Sequence record: PQ362703.1 | Origin: Escherichia phage vB_EcoP_PW8 | DNA: 64,000 nucleotides | Direction: 5' to 3' (one strand) | Part shown: one piece after another, positions 7,912 to 16,753 of the stretch | Layout of the letters: the number at the start of each line of letters is the position of its first letter | How positions within the stretch are numbered: position 1 is the first letter of the stretch | Made by a program: the position numbers and the translations under genes | Notes under the pieces: model-generated | Told to the model about the DNA's origin: nothing | Databases searched by the model: none | Seen by the model: only the letters and a program-made list of their open reading frames with translations

Positions 7912-8417
7912 TGAAACCAACTCAAGCAGAGTTGATGGAACTAATCGACTATGGCCCAGTGAATGGAACATTTCATTGGACTCATAGTCCATTGGTGTAC
8001 ATCAACGTAAGAGGTAAGGAGACTGGCTTATCAGGCTCCAGAGGACATCGAAAGATTGTCATTAATAAACAGGAATACAAGGCTCATCACGTAGCCTGGT
8101 GTATCATGACTGGTTCATGGCCTGAACAGGTGGATCATAATGATACAAACCGGGCCAACAACCGTTGGAATAACCTACGTGAGGCAACTCATGCACAGAA
8201 CATGTGCAATAGAACCATGAACAAGAATAACACTTCTGGATTTAAAGGTGTGCGTATTCGTAATGGTAAATACTTAGCCCAAATTCAAGTCAAAGGCACC
8301 AAAATAGCATTAGGTTCATTCACTGATCCAGTGGATGCTGCTAAGGCTTATGATGCTGCCGCAATTAAATACTTTGGTGAGTTCGCCAAAACAAACAAAG
8401 AACTCAATAACTATTAA
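7911..8417 (+). CDS. free-standing HNH homing endonuclease with AP2-like DNA-binding domain
   Basis: HHVAW...VDHNDTNRANNRWNNLREATHAQN HNH motif plus C-terminal AP2-like block ...AAKAYDAAAIKYFGEFAKTN; paralog of the 29675 ORF; inserted between the two RNAP subunit genes. Confidence 0.75.
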   Translation: MKPTQAELMELIDYGPVNGTFHWTHSPLVYINVRGKETGLSGSRGHRKIVINKQEYKAHHVAWCIMTGSWPEQVDHNDTNRANNRWNNLREATHAQNMCNRTMNKNNTSGFKGVRIRNGKYLAQIQVKGTKIALGSFTDPVDAAKAYDAAAIKYFGEFAKTNKELNNY

Positions 8418-8461
8418 TCCATTATGCGAGCCAAGTGGCTCAAGACGCTAAGGAACATAAA

Positions 8462-9679
8462 ATGCAACTGTTAACCGCTCGTGAATACCTGAAAGTAGAT
8501 ATCGCCAATTCTTATGGCTTGGATAAAAAGACATGGGATGAACGTATTGCTTGGTTTGATGAGAACGAAGCTAACCTGCTTAATCTGGTAGATGAAGCTG
8601 AAGATTCTGCTCTGTTCTTTGCTGGTGTAAACGCATGGAAAGATATGAAAGCAGGTAAACCTATTGGTTATGCCGTAGCTCTTGATGCTACATCATCTGG
8701 CTTGCAGTTACTGGCCTGCCTGACTGGTGACCGTTCTGCTGCTGAACTGTGTAACGTAGTTAACTACATGGGCGAGAATGGTAAGCCATTACGTCGTGAT
8801 GCTTATACAGTCATCTATCACAAGATGCTGGACATCCTTGGTGAAGCATCCCGTATTAAACGTAGTGACACTAAGCAGGCAGTTATGACTGCATTCTATG
8901 GTTCAGAAGCCAAGCCTAAAGAAGTATTCGGTGAAGGTATTCGTCTCAAGACTTTTGAGAATGTAATGGAAACTGTTGCTAGTGGTCCTTGGGCACTTAA
9001 CAAGTTCTTACTGCAATGTGGTAATCCAGATGCCAACCGTTATGTATGGGTACTTCCTGACAACTTCCACGCTGTCATTAAGGTCATGATTCCAGAAGTA
9101 CAGACTGTTAACTTCTTAGGTAAGCCATTTGACATCACTCGTATGGTTCAAGGTACTGAAGAGAAGACCCGTATGCTCTCTGCTAACATCACCCACTCTA
9201 TTGATGGAATGGTGGTACGTGAGATGCTGCGTCGTTGTAACTTCGACATGAACCAGATGAGCTATGTTAAGGCTCTTTGTGAGGGAACTGGTGAATACAC
9301 GGTAGGTTCTGATGATAATTATGAAATGGTTAATACACTATGGACTAGTTATGAGAAGTCTGGATTCCTGTCTACCCGTATCTTTGATTATCTGGACTCA
9401 GAAACCATTGCATTGGTAGATACAGATGTAATCTTAGCTATGCTCAATACTATGCCTAAGAAGCCATTCCCTGTAATGACTGTACATGACTGCTTCCGTT
9501 GCCATCCTAACTACGGTAATGACCTACGTCGTCAGTACAATCAGATTCTGTCCGACATTGCTAAGAGTGACCTACTGGGTTTCATCCTGTCTCAGGTACT
9601 AGGACAAGAGTTCTCTGCTGGTAAGCTGGATGACAGCCTCTGGCAGGACATTCTTGAAACAGACTATGCGTTGAGTTAA
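8462..9679 (+). CDS. phage RNA polymerase II large subunit (N4 gp16-like, T7-like RNAP catalytic part)
   Basis: T7-RNAP-like motif A LDATSSGLQ, motif B RSDTKQAVMTAFYGS, motif C VHDCF; track ORF 8435 (GTG) trimmed to ATG at Met10 with AAGGA RBS. Confidence 0.75.
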   Translation: MQLLTAREYLKVDIANSYGLDKKTWDERIAWFDENEANLLNLVDEAEDSALFFAGVNAWKDMKAGKPIGYAVALDATSSGLQLLACLTGDRSAAELCNVVNYMGENGKPLRRDAYTVIYHKMLDILGEASRIKRSDTKQAVMTAFYGSEAKPKEVFGEGIRLKTFENVMETVASGPWALNKFLLQCGNPDANRYVWVLPDNFHAVIKVMIPEVQTVNFLGKPFDITRMVQGTEEKTRMLSANITHSIDGMVVREMLRRCNFDMNQMSYVKALCEGTGEYTVGSDDNYEMVNTLWTSYEKSGFLSTRIFDYLDSETIALVDTDVILAMLNTMPKKPFPVMTVHDCFRCHPNYGNDLRRQYNQILSDIAKSDLLGFILSQVLGQEFSAGKLDDSLWQDILETDYALS

Positions 9680-9686
9680 TAAACTA

Positions 9687-9719
9687 GCCTCATTCCTTCG
9701 GGAGTGAGGCCTATTTTTT
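9687..9719 (+). terminator. rho-independent terminator (TTCG tetraloop)
   Basis: GCCTCATTCC-TTCG-GGAGTGAGGC followed by CTATTTTTTG. Confidence 0.7.
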
Positions 9720-9736
9720 GCTTGGAGGTAGCAACT

Positions 9737-9919
9737 ATGCTAATCAATTTTGAAGTAATCTTTCAGCTAATACTGATAGTTTTATCTGTACTGGTTCTGG
9801 CTACGATAATCCGTGCCCACAAATCTAAGTTTGCTTACTGCTACTATGGAGCATACTCACTTGGCTGTTTTGTAATAGCAGGATGGATAGCTTTTGCTAT
9901 CTACTGCGTAAACAACTAA
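9737..9919 (+). CDS. small two-TM membrane protein
   Basis: Track ORF 9704 starts inside the terminator; ATG at 9737 has GGAGGT RBS; hydrophobic. Confidence 0.45.
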   Translation: MLINFEVIFQLILIVLSVLVLATIIRAHKSKFAYCYYGAYSLGCFVIAGWIAFAIYCVNN

Positions 9920-9920
9920 C

Positions 9921-9946
9921 CCTCCTAACGGAGGATTTATTTTTTT
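9921..9946 (+). terminator. rho-independent terminator
   Basis: CCTCC-TAAC-GGAGG followed by ATTTATTTTTTT. Confidence 0.55.
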
Positions 9947-9993
9947 ACATGTCATGTATACTAATCCTGCTATTTACTTATGAGGAAATTGAT

Positions 9994-10827
9994 ATGCCAA
10001 CTTTGAAAGTAGGTTTTAACAAAACCACTAATGTTGTAACCGTACTGGATGCCGGTGGTTCTATCCCGGGTGGTTCCGTAGAAGTAGGAACCTTTGTACA
10101 CCCGGACGCCACTTACCCAGATAGCTTAGTTATCTTCCATGGTGTTCGTGATCTGCTGTATAAACGCTCTGCTAAAGATCCTAGTAAAGCAGGCTTCTGG
10201 CCTAACAATATCGTGGATATGCAGTCTATCTCTATTGATATGAAAGCTACCCCACGACTGACTATTGCTACTAAACTAGCTCGTGTAGTCTCCGCTATCG
10301 AAGGTGAAGACATCAACTGGCATGTTGATGTAGCGGGTGGCAAAGCACCATTTACTTATAAATGGCAGTTCAAAGCTGATACTGCTGGTGCAGCATTCGC
10401 TGATATTAGCTCCAGTACTAACCAATCAGCTGCTACTGCAACGCTGACCCTTAAAGGCGTAACAGCTGCTTCTGCTGGTACTTACAAAGTGATTGTTACT
10501 GATGCTAATGGAACCACGGTAGAAGATGAGTCACTGCTGGCTGTAGGCTACTACGAAGCAAGCTCTCTGGTAGCTACTCCTGCTTCACTGGATCTGTCTG
10601 TTGCTGCTGATATTACCGATGGCAAGACTGTAACCATTGTTGCTATGCCTGTTGGTTCTTCTTCTGGTGCTTTATCTATCAAGACTGCTCCAGAATCTGG
10701 TCGTGCTACAGCTACCATTGCTGGTAACGTACTGACAGTTAAGCCTGTGGCTGCTGGCGATGCTACTTCTGTAGTAGTTACCAACGGTACTGTCGATGTA
10801 ACTATCCCTATTACTGTTGCAGAATAA
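9994..10827 (+). CDS. Ig-like (Big_2-type) domain protein, candidate capsid decoration protein (N4 gp17-like position)
   Basis: Track ORF 9883 trimmed to ATG Met38 with GAGGAAA RBS; Ala/Thr/Val/Gly-rich beta-strand repeats such as ATATLTLKGVTAASAGTYKVIVTDANGTT; follows the RNAPII genes as N4 gp17 does. Confidence 0.55.
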   Translation: MPTLKVGFNKTTNVVTVLDAGGSIPGGSVEVGTFVHPDATYPDSLVIFHGVRDLLYKRSAKDPSKAGFWPNNIVDMQSISIDMKATPRLTIATKLARVVSAIEGEDINWHVDVAGGKAPFTYKWQFKADTAGAAFADISSSTNQSAATATLTLKGVTAASAGTYKVIVTDANGTTVEDESLLAVGYYEASSLVATPASLDLSVAADITDGKTVTIVAMPVGSSSGALSIKTAPESGRATATIAGNVLTVKPVAAGDATSVVVTNGTVDVTIPITVAE

Positions 10828-10877
10828 GGGTATTCTTTGTTTGGGGTTATAAACCCTGAAATAAAACTCCCAAGTTT

Positions 10878-10907
10878 GACCTCCCTATTGAAGGGAGGTC
10901 TTTTTTT
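10878..10907 (+). terminator. rho-independent terminator
   Basis: GACCTCCC-TATTGAA-GGGAGGTC followed by TTTTTTT. Confidence 0.75.
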
Positions 10908-10932
10908 GACTTAAAAATCCTGGAGCCAGGAA

Positions 10933-11121
10933 ATGTATAAAGAAATTGCATTCTTCTCGTTCTTACTTGGTGGTTTGATAGGTGCAGGATTTGTAGCTAT
11001 TTCTAATACCTACTTTGGTTCTACCCCAAACTCTGTAACACAAACCCTCAAGCATGAATGTGAATTGAATATCCCTCGTAATCAAAACTGTGTAATGCAG
11101 TTCATACCGGAGAAGAGATGA
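10933..11121 (+). CDS. small membrane protein
   Basis: 62-aa ORF, hydrophobic N-terminal segment. Confidence 0.45.
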   Translation: MYKEIAFFSFLLGGLIGAGFVAISNTYFGSTPNSVTQTLKHECELNIPRNQNCVMQFIPEKR

Positions 11122-11303
11122 AATTAACCCAGTCCCAGATTATTTTCCTTCGCATGGTTCAAGGTGGTTCTGCCACCAGCAACCGTAATAACAAAACTGC
11201 ACAGTCTCTTAAGAAACTGGGCTTAGTACAGTTCAATACTGGTCTTGGGTGGTCATTAACCCCTATCGGTGTACTTCAACTCAGTGAAATGAAAGGTAAC
11301 TAA
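11118..11303 (+). CDS. hypothetical protein
   Basis: 61-aa ORF, overlapping start/stop. Confidence 0.45.
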   Translation: MKLTQSQIIFLRMVQGGSATSNRNNKTAQSLKKLGLVQFNTGLGWSLTPIGVLQLSEMKGN

Positions 11304-11633
11304 ATGAAAACTTTACTTAAAGGTGTTGCTGTAGCTGCACTGATAGCTTTGGTTCCAAATGCACAGGCAATTAAACCAGAACCAATTCTGGAAGGTGCTC
11401 AGGCTTACCTGGATGACACTCGTGATGCGTTCGGACAAGGATTCTTCATGGGCAGTATGATCTCTTACATCGAGAACACTAATAACTGTGTTCCTGAAGG
11501 TATTAAGTATTCAGTCATTCTGCCTAAGATTGCCAAAGTAGTTATTTACGACTCTGCAATCCTCAAGATGAAGAATACATCTCAAATTGTTGTGTACTCA
11601 GTACACAAGGCATACCCCTGCACCAAATCTTAA
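11304..11633 (+). CDS. secreted/periplasmic protein with signal peptide
   Basis: N-terminal MKTLLKGVAVAALIALVPNAQA signal-peptide-like segment. Confidence 0.55.
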   Translation: MKTLLKGVAVAALIALVPNAQAIKPEPILEGAQAYLDDTRDAFGQGFFMGSMISYIENTNNCVPEGIKYSVILPKIAKVVIYDSAILKMKNTSQIVVYSVHKAYPCTKS

Positions 11634-11667
11634 TCAGTAATTCCATTAGCTTTAGGAGAGTAAGTAA

Positions 11668-11874
11668 ATGGCAAGCATCGACTCCTTGACTGTATGTAAT
11701 TCACGTCAAGCTCGTAACTTTATTATCCGTGCCCTGAAAGCAGGTAACGTACCGTTCCTGACTTCATCACCAGGCATGGGTAAATCTGCAATTATTCGTT
11801 CTATTGCAGAAGAATTTGGTATGAAGCTGATAGACCATCGTCTGTCTACTTCTGCCCCGGAAGACCTTAACTAA
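11668..11874 (+). CDS. MoxR-like AAA+ ATPase, exon 1 (Walker A); ORF stop at 11872 lies inside a putative intron
   Basis: Walker A SSPGMGKS; ORF ends after 68 aa but the ATPase continues in ORF 12743..13588. Confidence 0.6.
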   Translation: MASIDSLTVCNSRQARNFIIRALKAGNVPFLTSSPGMGKSAIIRSIAEEFGMKLIDHRLSTSAPEDLN

Positions 11875-12745
11875 TAGGGCTTTGTGAGGGTGACCTCACA
11901 TCGAAAGCTATCTAAATGGGGAAACTCCTACTATTACAGGGAAACCATGATACACTCTGGTTTCCCAATAGAGGACAATCCCATGCTAAATATTAATGAA
12001 AGTTGGAAAGACATTGTTGGTTATGAAGGTTACTACGAAGTCTCTACGCATGGTCGTGTTAGAAATACCCATACAGGTATGATAAAGAACCAATGTGTAC
12101 AGACTAGCGGCAAGTATCTACAAGTTAGTTTGTGGAAAGGCAACAAAGAAAAAAGATGTTTAGTACATCGCTTAGTTGCTATAGCCTTCATTCCTAACCC
12201 CGAAGACAAGCCTCAAGTAAACCATTTAGACAAAAATGATAAGAACAACCATGTTCAAAATTTGGAATGGGTAACCATATCCGAGAATCATTTACATGCA
12301 TTTGCTAATGGTAGAAAAGGCTCCAAATCCCGACTAGGTGAAAAAACTAGTAAAGCCTCTCAGTATCGATATGTGTACTGGGATACCAAAAGAGCTGTTT
12401 GGAAAGCATCTATAAAGATAGACGGCAAAACAGTAAACATTGGTAGATTCAATACTGACCTAGAAGCAGCTTTAGCCGCTGATGAGGCAATTGATTCCTG
12501 GGGCTGGGATAGAATTAAAAACTTTCAATAATTAAATGCCTAACGACTATCGAAAACACGTAGTGATACGGAAGTGAGTAGAGTAGGGTGCAAGCCAATG
12601 GCACTCGAAAAGATAGCCACCCGGACAGGTAAAGCTGAGGGTGTTGATATAGTCTGGTCTGCGTAGTAATACGTAGCTGTATATGTCCAACTCGCATATA
12701 CGGGTAGAGCCTTGCAAACTCTACTGAACATAACGTAGTGGTTTG
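11869..12745 (+). mobile_element. putative group I intron carrying an HNH homing endonuclease ORF (boundaries approximate)
   Basis: Splits the ATPase between Walker A and Walker B; begins CTT|AACTAATAGGGC like the second intron; 3' part has stem-loops and blocks AACGACTATC, GAGTAGGG, GATATAGTCTGG shared with the intron at 33690. Confidence 0.55.
11983..12531 (+). CDS. intron-encoded HNH homing endonuclease
   Basis: WKDIVGYEGYYEVSTHGRV N-terminal module, HNH block QVNHLDKNDKNNHVQNLEWVT, C-terminal AP2-like block; track ORF 11884 trimmed to Met34 with AGAGGA RBS. Confidence 0.65.
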   Translation: MLNINESWKDIVGYEGYYEVSTHGRVRNTHTGMIKNQCVQTSGKYLQVSLWKGNKEKRCLVHRLVAIAFIPNPEDKPQVNHLDKNDKNNHVQNLEWVTISENHLHAFANGRKGSKSRLGEKTSKASQYRYVYWDTKRAVWKASIKIDGKTVNIGRFNTDLEAALAADEAIDSWGWDRIKNFQ

Positions 12746-13588
12746 CCATTCCGTAATGGTGACCGTGCAGAGTTTATTCCATTCGCTGACTTATTTCCCA
12801 TTGAGGGAGACGAAGTACCCGAAGGTTATAATGGCTGGCTCCTGTTCCTTGATGAGTTCAACTCAGCTAGGAAAGAAGTGGTAGCTGCTGCATACAAACT
12901 GATTCTCGACCGTATGACTGGTCAGAAAAAACTTCATCCCAATGTGATGATTGTTTGTGCTGGTAACAAAGCTACCGACCGTGCAATTGTTAACCCACTA
13001 GGTACTGCAATGCAGTCTCGTGTGGTTCACTTTGAAATGGAACTTAACTTCGACATCTTCGTTGAAGACGTAATGATTCCACAACAATGGGATGAACGTC
13101 TGGTTGCATTTCTACATGCTAACCCTGGCTATCTGCACGACTTCGACCCTGCTCATAAGAACAAAACATTCTGTTGTCCTCGTACCTGGGACTTTGTTAA
13201 CAAAGATCTCAAGAACCAACCAGAAGGTGCATTGCCTGACGAGGATTCCCTGTACTACAGTGGATTTGTTACACCAGGTAAGGCTGTAGAGTTTGTTCAG
13301 TTCACCCAGGTGTACAATCGTATCATTACGATCGAAAAGGTAGTCAAAGACCCATTGGGCTGTGCACTACCAGAAGATAACAACCTGTGCTGGGCTACCG
13401 TTAACCACTTGGCTAACAAAACTACTGAAGAGAACTTCGCTGATGTTCTTCAGTACATTGAACGCTTTAAAACGTTCACTCATAAGATTCTGTACTTCCG
13501 TACAGTAGGCAGAGCATTGCCAGAACTTCAGGCTACCCCTGAATGGCGTAAGGCTGCTGCTAATATCTCTCGTTACATTCACGGATAA
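12743..13588 (+). CDS. MoxR-like AAA+ ATPase, exon 2 (Walker B onward); true exon start about 12746
   Basis: Walker B LLFLDEFNSA; the track's TTG start is probably an artefact of the intron. Confidence 0.6.
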   Translation: MPFRNGDRAEFIPFADLFPIEGDEVPEGYNGWLLFLDEFNSARKEVVAAAYKLILDRMTGQKKLHPNVMIVCAGNKATDRAIVNPLGTAMQSRVVHFEMELNFDIFVEDVMIPQQWDERLVAFLHANPGYLHDFDPAHKNKTFCCPRTWDFVNKDLKNQPEGALPDEDSLYYSGFVTPGKAVEFVQFTQVYNRIITIEKVVKDPLGCALPEDNNLCWATVNHLANKTTEENFADVLQYIERFKTFTHKILYFRTVGRALPELQATPEWRKAAANISRYIHG

Positions 13589-13592
13589 AACA

Positions 13593-14768
13593 ATGAACCA
13601 ATTTCCTCAGCACACTCTTAGTGATGAACAACTCATGCGTGAGTATGACCGTATTCAAGCTCAGGCTTTCCTAGGACGCAGCGCAGCCTTCTTTGGTTCA
13701 TTACTATGTAGTCTTAAATTCTCATGGAAACGTGGGGATTGCCCCACTGCATGTACGGATGGGATAGAACTCCATTTCAATCCTGATTTCTTTATCTGGA
13801 TGTGTCCAGATGCAAGAGAAACAGTATTAATGCACGAACTATGGCATGTGGCATATCTACATGACATCCGTCGTGGAAGCCGTGACCCAGAAGTCTGGAA
13901 CCAGGCATGTGACCACTTCATTAACCTTCAGTTAGAAGAGGATGGTTATAAGTTCACTGGTATTGATGAAGGCATTTGCAAAGACCCCCAATATAAAGGA
14001 TGGGTCGAAGAAGACATCTATGATGACCTGATGAAGAACCCTCAGAAAAGGCAAAAGCCGTCAGGGGGTGCTGGAGCAGGTCTTGCTGGCGACATGAAAT
14101 CCCCCACTTCGGGGCAGTCCCAGGGTGCTGTCGTCAACAACGTAGTACGTGCAATGCAGAGCCAGAAGATGGCAGGTGGAACAATGCCTGGTAAGGGTGC
14201 TGGTCGTATGGAAGAGGTCATTACCCAATTCCTTAAACCAGTGGTTCCCTGGCAGGAAGTTCTGATGAATTTCTTTACCGACATTGATGACACTCATTAT
14301 ACGTGGGCCAGACCTAACCGTCGTTACACTGACATCTATCTACCTTCCCTGGAAGATGATGAAGGGCGATTACGACACTTAGCCTACTTTGAGGATGTAT
14401 CCGGTTCTATTAGTAGTGCTGACTCTCTGCGTTTTAACTCAGAGGTTGCCTACGTTAAGAGCCAGTTCAATCCTAAGAAGATGACCCTAATCACCTTCGA
14501 TGATGTTATCCAAGAAGAGATAGACATCACTGAAGAAGATACTTTTGAGGAGATTAAGATTACTGGTCGTGGTGGTACAAACCTGGAACCAGTACGTGAT
14601 TGGATTATTAAGAATAAGCCAACCGCTGCAATCATATTCTCTGATATGTATGTTCGTCCAATGGAAGAACTACCATTTGATATCCCAATCATCTGGTGTG
14701 TTCTGAATAATCCTAATGCTACCGTACCTTTTGGGGAGGTAGTTCATATCCCTAAAGGAATGAAATAA
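13593..14768 (+). CDS. VWA-domain protein with N-terminal HExxH metallopeptidase-like motif
   Basis: HELWH zincin-like motif; MIDAS-like DVSGSIS; immediately downstream of the MoxR-like ATPase, a known pairing. Confidence 0.65.
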   Translation: MNQFPQHTLSDEQLMREYDRIQAQAFLGRSAAFFGSLLCSLKFSWKRGDCPTACTDGIELHFNPDFFIWMCPDARETVLMHELWHVAYLHDIRRGSRDPEVWNQACDHFINLQLEEDGYKFTGIDEGICKDPQYKGWVEEDIYDDLMKNPQKRQKPSGGAGAGLAGDMKSPTSGQSQGAVVNNVVRAMQSQKMAGGTMPGKGAGRMEEVITQFLKPVVPWQEVLMNFFTDIDDTHYTWARPNRRYTDIYLPSLEDDEGRLRHLAYFEDVSGSISSADSLRFNSEVAYVKSQFNPKKMTLITFDDVIQEEIDITEEDTFEEIKITGRGGTNLEPVRDWIIKNKPTAAIIFSDMYVRPMEELPFDIPIIWCVLNNPNATVPFGEVVHIPKGMK

Positions 14769-15274
14769 TGGTTGTTAATGGTAATTCTCTATATCGTTCA
14801 TCCCAGTTGCTAGATGTTCCTGACCATAAGGTATCCGAGCACGGTGTAAGCTATGGTTTAGGTGAAGCTGGTTATGATATTCGTATCAAACAAGACATTA
14901 CCTTCTATCGCTTATTTGGGTTGATTCCAATGGTGAAAGTCGTTGATGGAAAACAAGTATCACGTCATTTCGGCAAGTTCACGTTGGCTTCAGCAATCGA
15001 GAAATTCAACATGTCCCCATCCTGTGTAGCAATCGTTCACGATAAATCTACCTGGGCAAGACATGCATTATCAGTGTTCAATACCGTAATCGAACCAGGG
15101 TGGAAAGGTTGGCTTACTTTAGAGCTTGTCTATCATGGTCGTAAGAAATTGCATATCCCGGCTGGTTCTGGGATAGCTCAAGTATTATTTCATCTGGTTC
15201 AAGAACCTGCTAATTACAATGGCAAGTACATGAATCAGGAAAACAAACCAGTAGCTGCAAGAAGCAGTAAATAA
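14768..15274 (+). CDS. dCTP deaminase / dUTPase-family protein
   Basis: 168-aa ORF; GYDIR and C-terminal IEPGWKGWLTLEL...GSGIAQVLF resemble dCTP deaminase/dUTPase trimer-family motifs. Confidence 0.6.
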   Translation: MVVNGNSLYRSSQLLDVPDHKVSEHGVSYGLGEAGYDIRIKQDITFYRLFGLIPMVKVVDGKQVSRHFGKFTLASAIEKFNMSPSCVAIVHDKSTWARHALSVFNTVIEPGWKGWLTLELVYHGRKKLHIPAGSGIAQVLFHLVQEPANYNGKYMNQENKPVAARSSK

Positions 15275-15283
15275 GGAAACAAC

Positions 15284-15493
15284 ATGTCAGTATTTCAAGT
15301 AACTCATGCAACCTCAGATGTACGCTTAACCATTAATGCTGCAAATGTAATTGCAGTAGAACAGATTCCACAGTCTGACCATGCACGCGTCATATTTGTA
15401 GATAATAACTATATAGAAACCAAAGAAACCTATCGTTCAGTACGCAATTACCTGAAGAAAGCTCTTACACCTGCAAGCAAAGACTCTGAGTAA
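15284..15493 (+). CDS. hypothetical protein
   Basis: 69-aa ORF with AAGGA RBS. Confidence 0.45.
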   Translation: MSVFQVTHATSDVRLTINAANVIAVEQIPQSDHARVIFVDNNYIETKETYRSVRNYLKKALTPASKDSE

Positions 15494-15504
15494 GTAGCTG
15501 CCTA

Positions 15505-15530
15505 AATAGCCCAACTATGTTGGGCTATTT
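15505..15530 (+). terminator. hairpin / weak terminator
   Basis: AATAGCCCAA-CTATG-TTGGGCTATT 10-bp stem, short T tail. Confidence 0.4.
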
Positions 15531-15566
15531 GTGAAGAAACTAACTCAACCCCACATAGGAACCATC

Positions 15567-15809
15567 ATGGAATCTTTAGCAGCAATCCTTGTTATGTTAT
15601 TTGTATTAGCTGTATACCTTATCCCTACTATCATTGCTTTTTCACGAGGCCATGTCTCTAAGTGGGGCATTGGTGTGCTTAATATCGTATTAGGCTGGTC
15701 TTTAGTCTTCTGGGTAGTAGCACTGATTTGGTCACTGTCCAACAAAGGTCAGAACCAGGTTACGAATGTAACTGTTGTTCAAACCAATGGTGGCAGTAAA
15801 GCAGAGTAA
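15567..15809 (+). CDS. superinfection-immunity-like small membrane protein
   Basis: Two TM segments with GHVSKWGIGVLNIVLGWSLVFWVVALIWSL, resembling the Imm superinfection immunity family; ATG at Met13 with AGGAA RBS. Confidence 0.5.
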   Translation: MESLAAILVMLFVLAVYLIPTIIAFSRGHVSKWGIGVLNIVLGWSLVFWVVALIWSLSNKGQNQVTNVTVVQTNGGSKAE

Positions 15810-15884
15810 CTAATCTAAGCATCATTACATAGTGGTGCTTGTGGAAGTTGCTTCCAGCTCATTGCTTATCCATCTCCTAACCCA

Positions 15885-15910
15885 AGCCCACCTAACCCGT
15901 GGGCTTTTTT
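15885..15910 (+). terminator. rho-independent terminator
   Basis: AGCCCAC-CTAACCC-GTGGGCT followed by TTTTTT. Confidence 0.7.
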
Positions 15911-15926
15911 AATTACAGGTACTCTT

Positions 15927-16310
15927 ATGCCAAACAGACAAAATGGTAAGTCTATCTTATATGGACTGGACTTAAGTAAACTGGAACAAACTGCAATGCT
16001 TACTTTAGGTAAAACTATGCATGACCAAGTGGAGAATGAAACTGAATCAGATGTTTATGCATTAATGCAGGATCTTATTCAGAAAGGATGGCCCAGCAGA
16101 ATATTTAATGTCCCTTCATACATCCCCCCAGAACCTCATCTGAAATCTAAGGTAGATCATATCATAGATAAGTTCTGGGCATATCCAGGAGAAGGTCACA
16201 TGTACCTATACCTGGAGCAGTTACGAAAGAATCCCATTACTCGTGACTTGTTCAAGGGTAAAAGCACTACTCACCACTGCCCCTGGTATAGAAGAGGTAG
16301 TAAATACTAA
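15927..16310 (+). CDS. hypothetical protein
   Basis: 127-aa ORF. Confidence 0.5.
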   Translation: MPNRQNGKSILYGLDLSKLEQTAMLTLGKTMHDQVENETESDVYALMQDLIQKGWPSRIFNVPSYIPPEPHLKSKVDHIIDKFWAYPGEGHMYLYLEQLRKNPITRDLFKGKSTTHHCPWYRRGSKY

Positions 16311-16753
16311 TGCGTATCCCATTCCTAAGAAAAAGAGAACAAATACATGTTCTTTATAAGAAAGGTATAGAAAATGAGTATGAACTCAACCGTAAGTCTC
16401 GTTCCTACATAACAAAATTATTTATGGGGACTAACAACCCTGATAGATTACTGGACTTTGTTTTTGAACAAGTCTTTATCATATACAGCTTAGCTATGTC
16501 TGCTGGTTCACAGGAAGTAAGTGATAAGGCAAGACATGCTCTCTGTATGCTCCGTAAAGAGTATGAAGCCCTCATGTATGAAGACTTGTACTCCTTTAAA
16601 AAAGAAACCGCTGTAGCGTGTTCTGAGGCTCTTACTGAAGGTGTAGCAGTATTACAAGAACTACCTCGTAGTGAGTTTAAGCTGGTATATGTTCAGGTTA
16701 AGAGAATCACAGAGACGAGAAGTGGTATCACCAACTATCTAAGGTCATTCTAA
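16310..16753 (+). CDS. hypothetical protein
   Basis: 147-aa ORF, ATGA-coupled. Confidence 0.5.
   Translation: MRIPFLRKREQIHVLYKKGIENEYELNRKSRSYITKLFMGTNNPDRLLDFVFEQVFIIYSLAMSAGSQEVSDKARHALCMLRKEYEALMYEDLYSFKKETAVACSEALTEGVAVLQELPRSEFKLVYVQVKRITETRSGITNYLRSF

Noticed and set aside
9704-9736. GTG start at 9704 for the small membrane protein
   Set aside because: The codon lies inside the stem of the terminator at 9687-9719; the ATG at 9737 with GGAGGT RBS is preferred
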